Shown here one piece after another: positions 47,175-48,776 of a DNA stretch of 48,776 nucleotides (within the stretch, counting starts at the first letter, position 1; each line of letters opens with the position of its first letter). Location of the stretch: assembly GCA_032718475.1 (NCBI GenBank), contig JAUCBJ010005496.1, forward strand, positions 1-48,776, read 5' to 3'. The notes under the pieces are model-generated. The model did no database searches, was not told where the DNA came from, and saw only the letters and a list, made by a program, of their open reading frames with translations. The position numbers and the translations under genes were made by a program. This DNA comes from Nemertoderma westbladi. Lineage: Eukaryota > Animalia > Xenacoelomorpha.

Positions 47175-47650
47175 GCTGATCTTTGCCAATTAATTTATTA
47201 TTTTAATTTTTTTCTCAAAAGTTCTCCATGACGTCAGAATTTATGGTCGACCAAAAATTAATTTATGGTCGACTAAAAATTATTAATTTATGGTCGACCA
47301 TAAATTACTTTCTGGAAGTTTGAATTTCCAGGCAGCTTGTACGGCGAGATTTGGACAGGCCATTAATTGGTTACCTTAAGTAATTACATTCAAATAATCG
47401 TGCAATTGGATGGTTTCCCACTACCCTAACCAATGAATGGCCAGTCAAAATCTCGACCTACAAGTTACCGGGAAATTCAAACTACCATGAATTAAATTTA
47501 TGGTCCATCATAAATTAATAATTTATGGTCGACCATAAATTAATTTTTGGTCGACCATAAATTAATTTTTGGTCGACCATAAATTATGACGTCATGGAGA
47601 ACTTCTAAAAAAAAAGTAAATAACAAATTAATTAATTGGCAAAGATCAGC
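47175..47650. repeat. ~480-bp imperfect palindrome built from self-palindromic ATTTATGGTCGACCATAAAT units
   Basis: GCTGATCTTTGCCAATTAATT...AAGTTCTCCATGACGTCA mirrored at 47586-47650; inner arms ~47313-47373 / 47427-47485. Confidence 0.9.
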
Positions 47651-47889
47651 CACCGTACCTAGAGGATTGGCTGAGATATTAACGTTTAAATATACAGATC
47701 TACAGACACACCGATTGAGATATTGGTACCCGTATGATTAGCTCGCTTACTTTCGTGGCTCGCCCCACAATATTGTGTAGGGCCTACAGCTTGATCCTGC
47801 AAAAACAGTGCCCAGCAAGCTACAGACGGCGTTTCTGCAGAGTGGTGCTGTATCCTATCATTGAGATGTTGCCATAGTTGTTTAACACC

Positions 47890-48230
47890 TCATTGCATAC
47901 GTGTGCACCATAGGCAACGTTTTATGCACCCGGCGCAGTATCCAGGTATATAGCATGATATGTCACAGCTCTTCCAGATACTGGATAGCTTGTGGATGGC
48001 AGACCATGCCTCCCCTTTGCAAATTCGGAGATCTTCCCCAGACCTCCGACCCGATGATCCAATGAAGGAGAAATCATTCATTCACATGACTTACCAGTCT
48101 ATCAAGCGATTTAAGAATGTAATCACGATCGATTTTGTGCTGGTCTGATTCCACGTTTGCTGTCAAAAGTTGATCAAAATTATGGTCTGGGTTTTTTCCC
48201 AAAGACACTGGATGCAGCATCCTCTAAGCT
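47890..48230 (-). mobile_element. Old, diverged RTE-clade LINE fragment
   Basis: DFSFIGSSGRRSGEDLRICKGEAWSAIHKLSSIWKS is homologous to DFCHQGSWIRRSGEDLRIRKRKAWTALNRLSRIWKS of the copy at ~34570-34680. Confidence 0.75.
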
Positions 48231-48776
48231 AGTTCACATCGCCCCCTCCCTTATCTCTTCAACGCCTCACCAGAAACAAAATGAAATGGCTTTTAGCACA
48301 AAAATTAAATATTAAAGTTTTACCCGTAATTAAATAAATTATTTTCACCCGTAATAAATTATTTTTTGCTTGGCATTATTGGTTATATTAACTGTGGTAC
48401 TATTGGTTATTTCGCCATTATTCTAGAATAAATTCATCTTGAGGCTGATTTATTATATAAATCAGTATTTTGTTTAAAATCAACTAAACATAGAGACAAC
48501 TGCAACACTGCTATACTATGGGCCTACTGGCTGGTTTGTACAAACTGTGAGACCCACTGTATCTTATGAAATCACTAGCTACTGTACCATGAAAAATTAA
48601 ATTTTCGAAAATGTTCCAGAACAAATATAAAAATAGTTTAAACGGGCTACAAAACGAGTACAACATTTTTTGGGGCATTTATTTTATTTTATTTTTGTCA
48701 AATACAATATAATTATTTATTTTAGCGGGTTTAATAGCTAAAGGTTAATAGCCCATCGAGGTTAATAAATGGTCGA

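Larger units (their letters stand above)
43735..47772 (+). mobile_element. Dispersed element copy B (Helentron/HINE-like), fragmented by younger insertions
   Basis: Colinear blocks shared with 5310-7287; ends GCTCGCTTACTTTCGTGGCTCGCCCCACAAT. A similar end motif also occurs at ~38578-38592. Confidence 0.55.

Overview
AT-rich, repeat-dense genomic DNA from an invertebrate animal (eukaryotic; no rRNA, tRNA or CRISPR seen; taxon not identifiable from the window). There are three intact genes. (1) An intronless copine (C2A-C2B-vWA plus a P/Q/Y-rich tail; 9438-11453, -). (2) Calpain-15/small optic lobes in only two coding exons (30423-31481 and 27265-28722, -; 838 aa; catalytic triad intact). (3) An intronless CARD-like plus NHL-like beta-propeller gene (38839-40260, +). 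Two intronless pseudogenes are present: a BTB-BACK-Kelch gene (~18312-20011, -) and a short-prodomain caspase (42558-43623, +) whose Asp-binding pocket has been replaced by paracaspase-like residues. The rest is nested mobile DNA: three RTE-type LINE fragments, a probable LTR-element 3' remnant with a zinc-knuckle ORF, Zator-, Kolobok-, Harbinger-, MULE- and hAT-like TIR elements and MITEs, Helentron/HINE-like and Crypton-like elements, long hairpins and minisatellites. The best leads are the CARD-propeller gene next to the atypical caspase, and pervasive TA-CAG-TA / TA-CCGG-TA / TA-GGCC-TA motifs. Two internal comparisons suggest those motifs are DNA-transposon excision footprints. All family assignments are by eye, without database searches.
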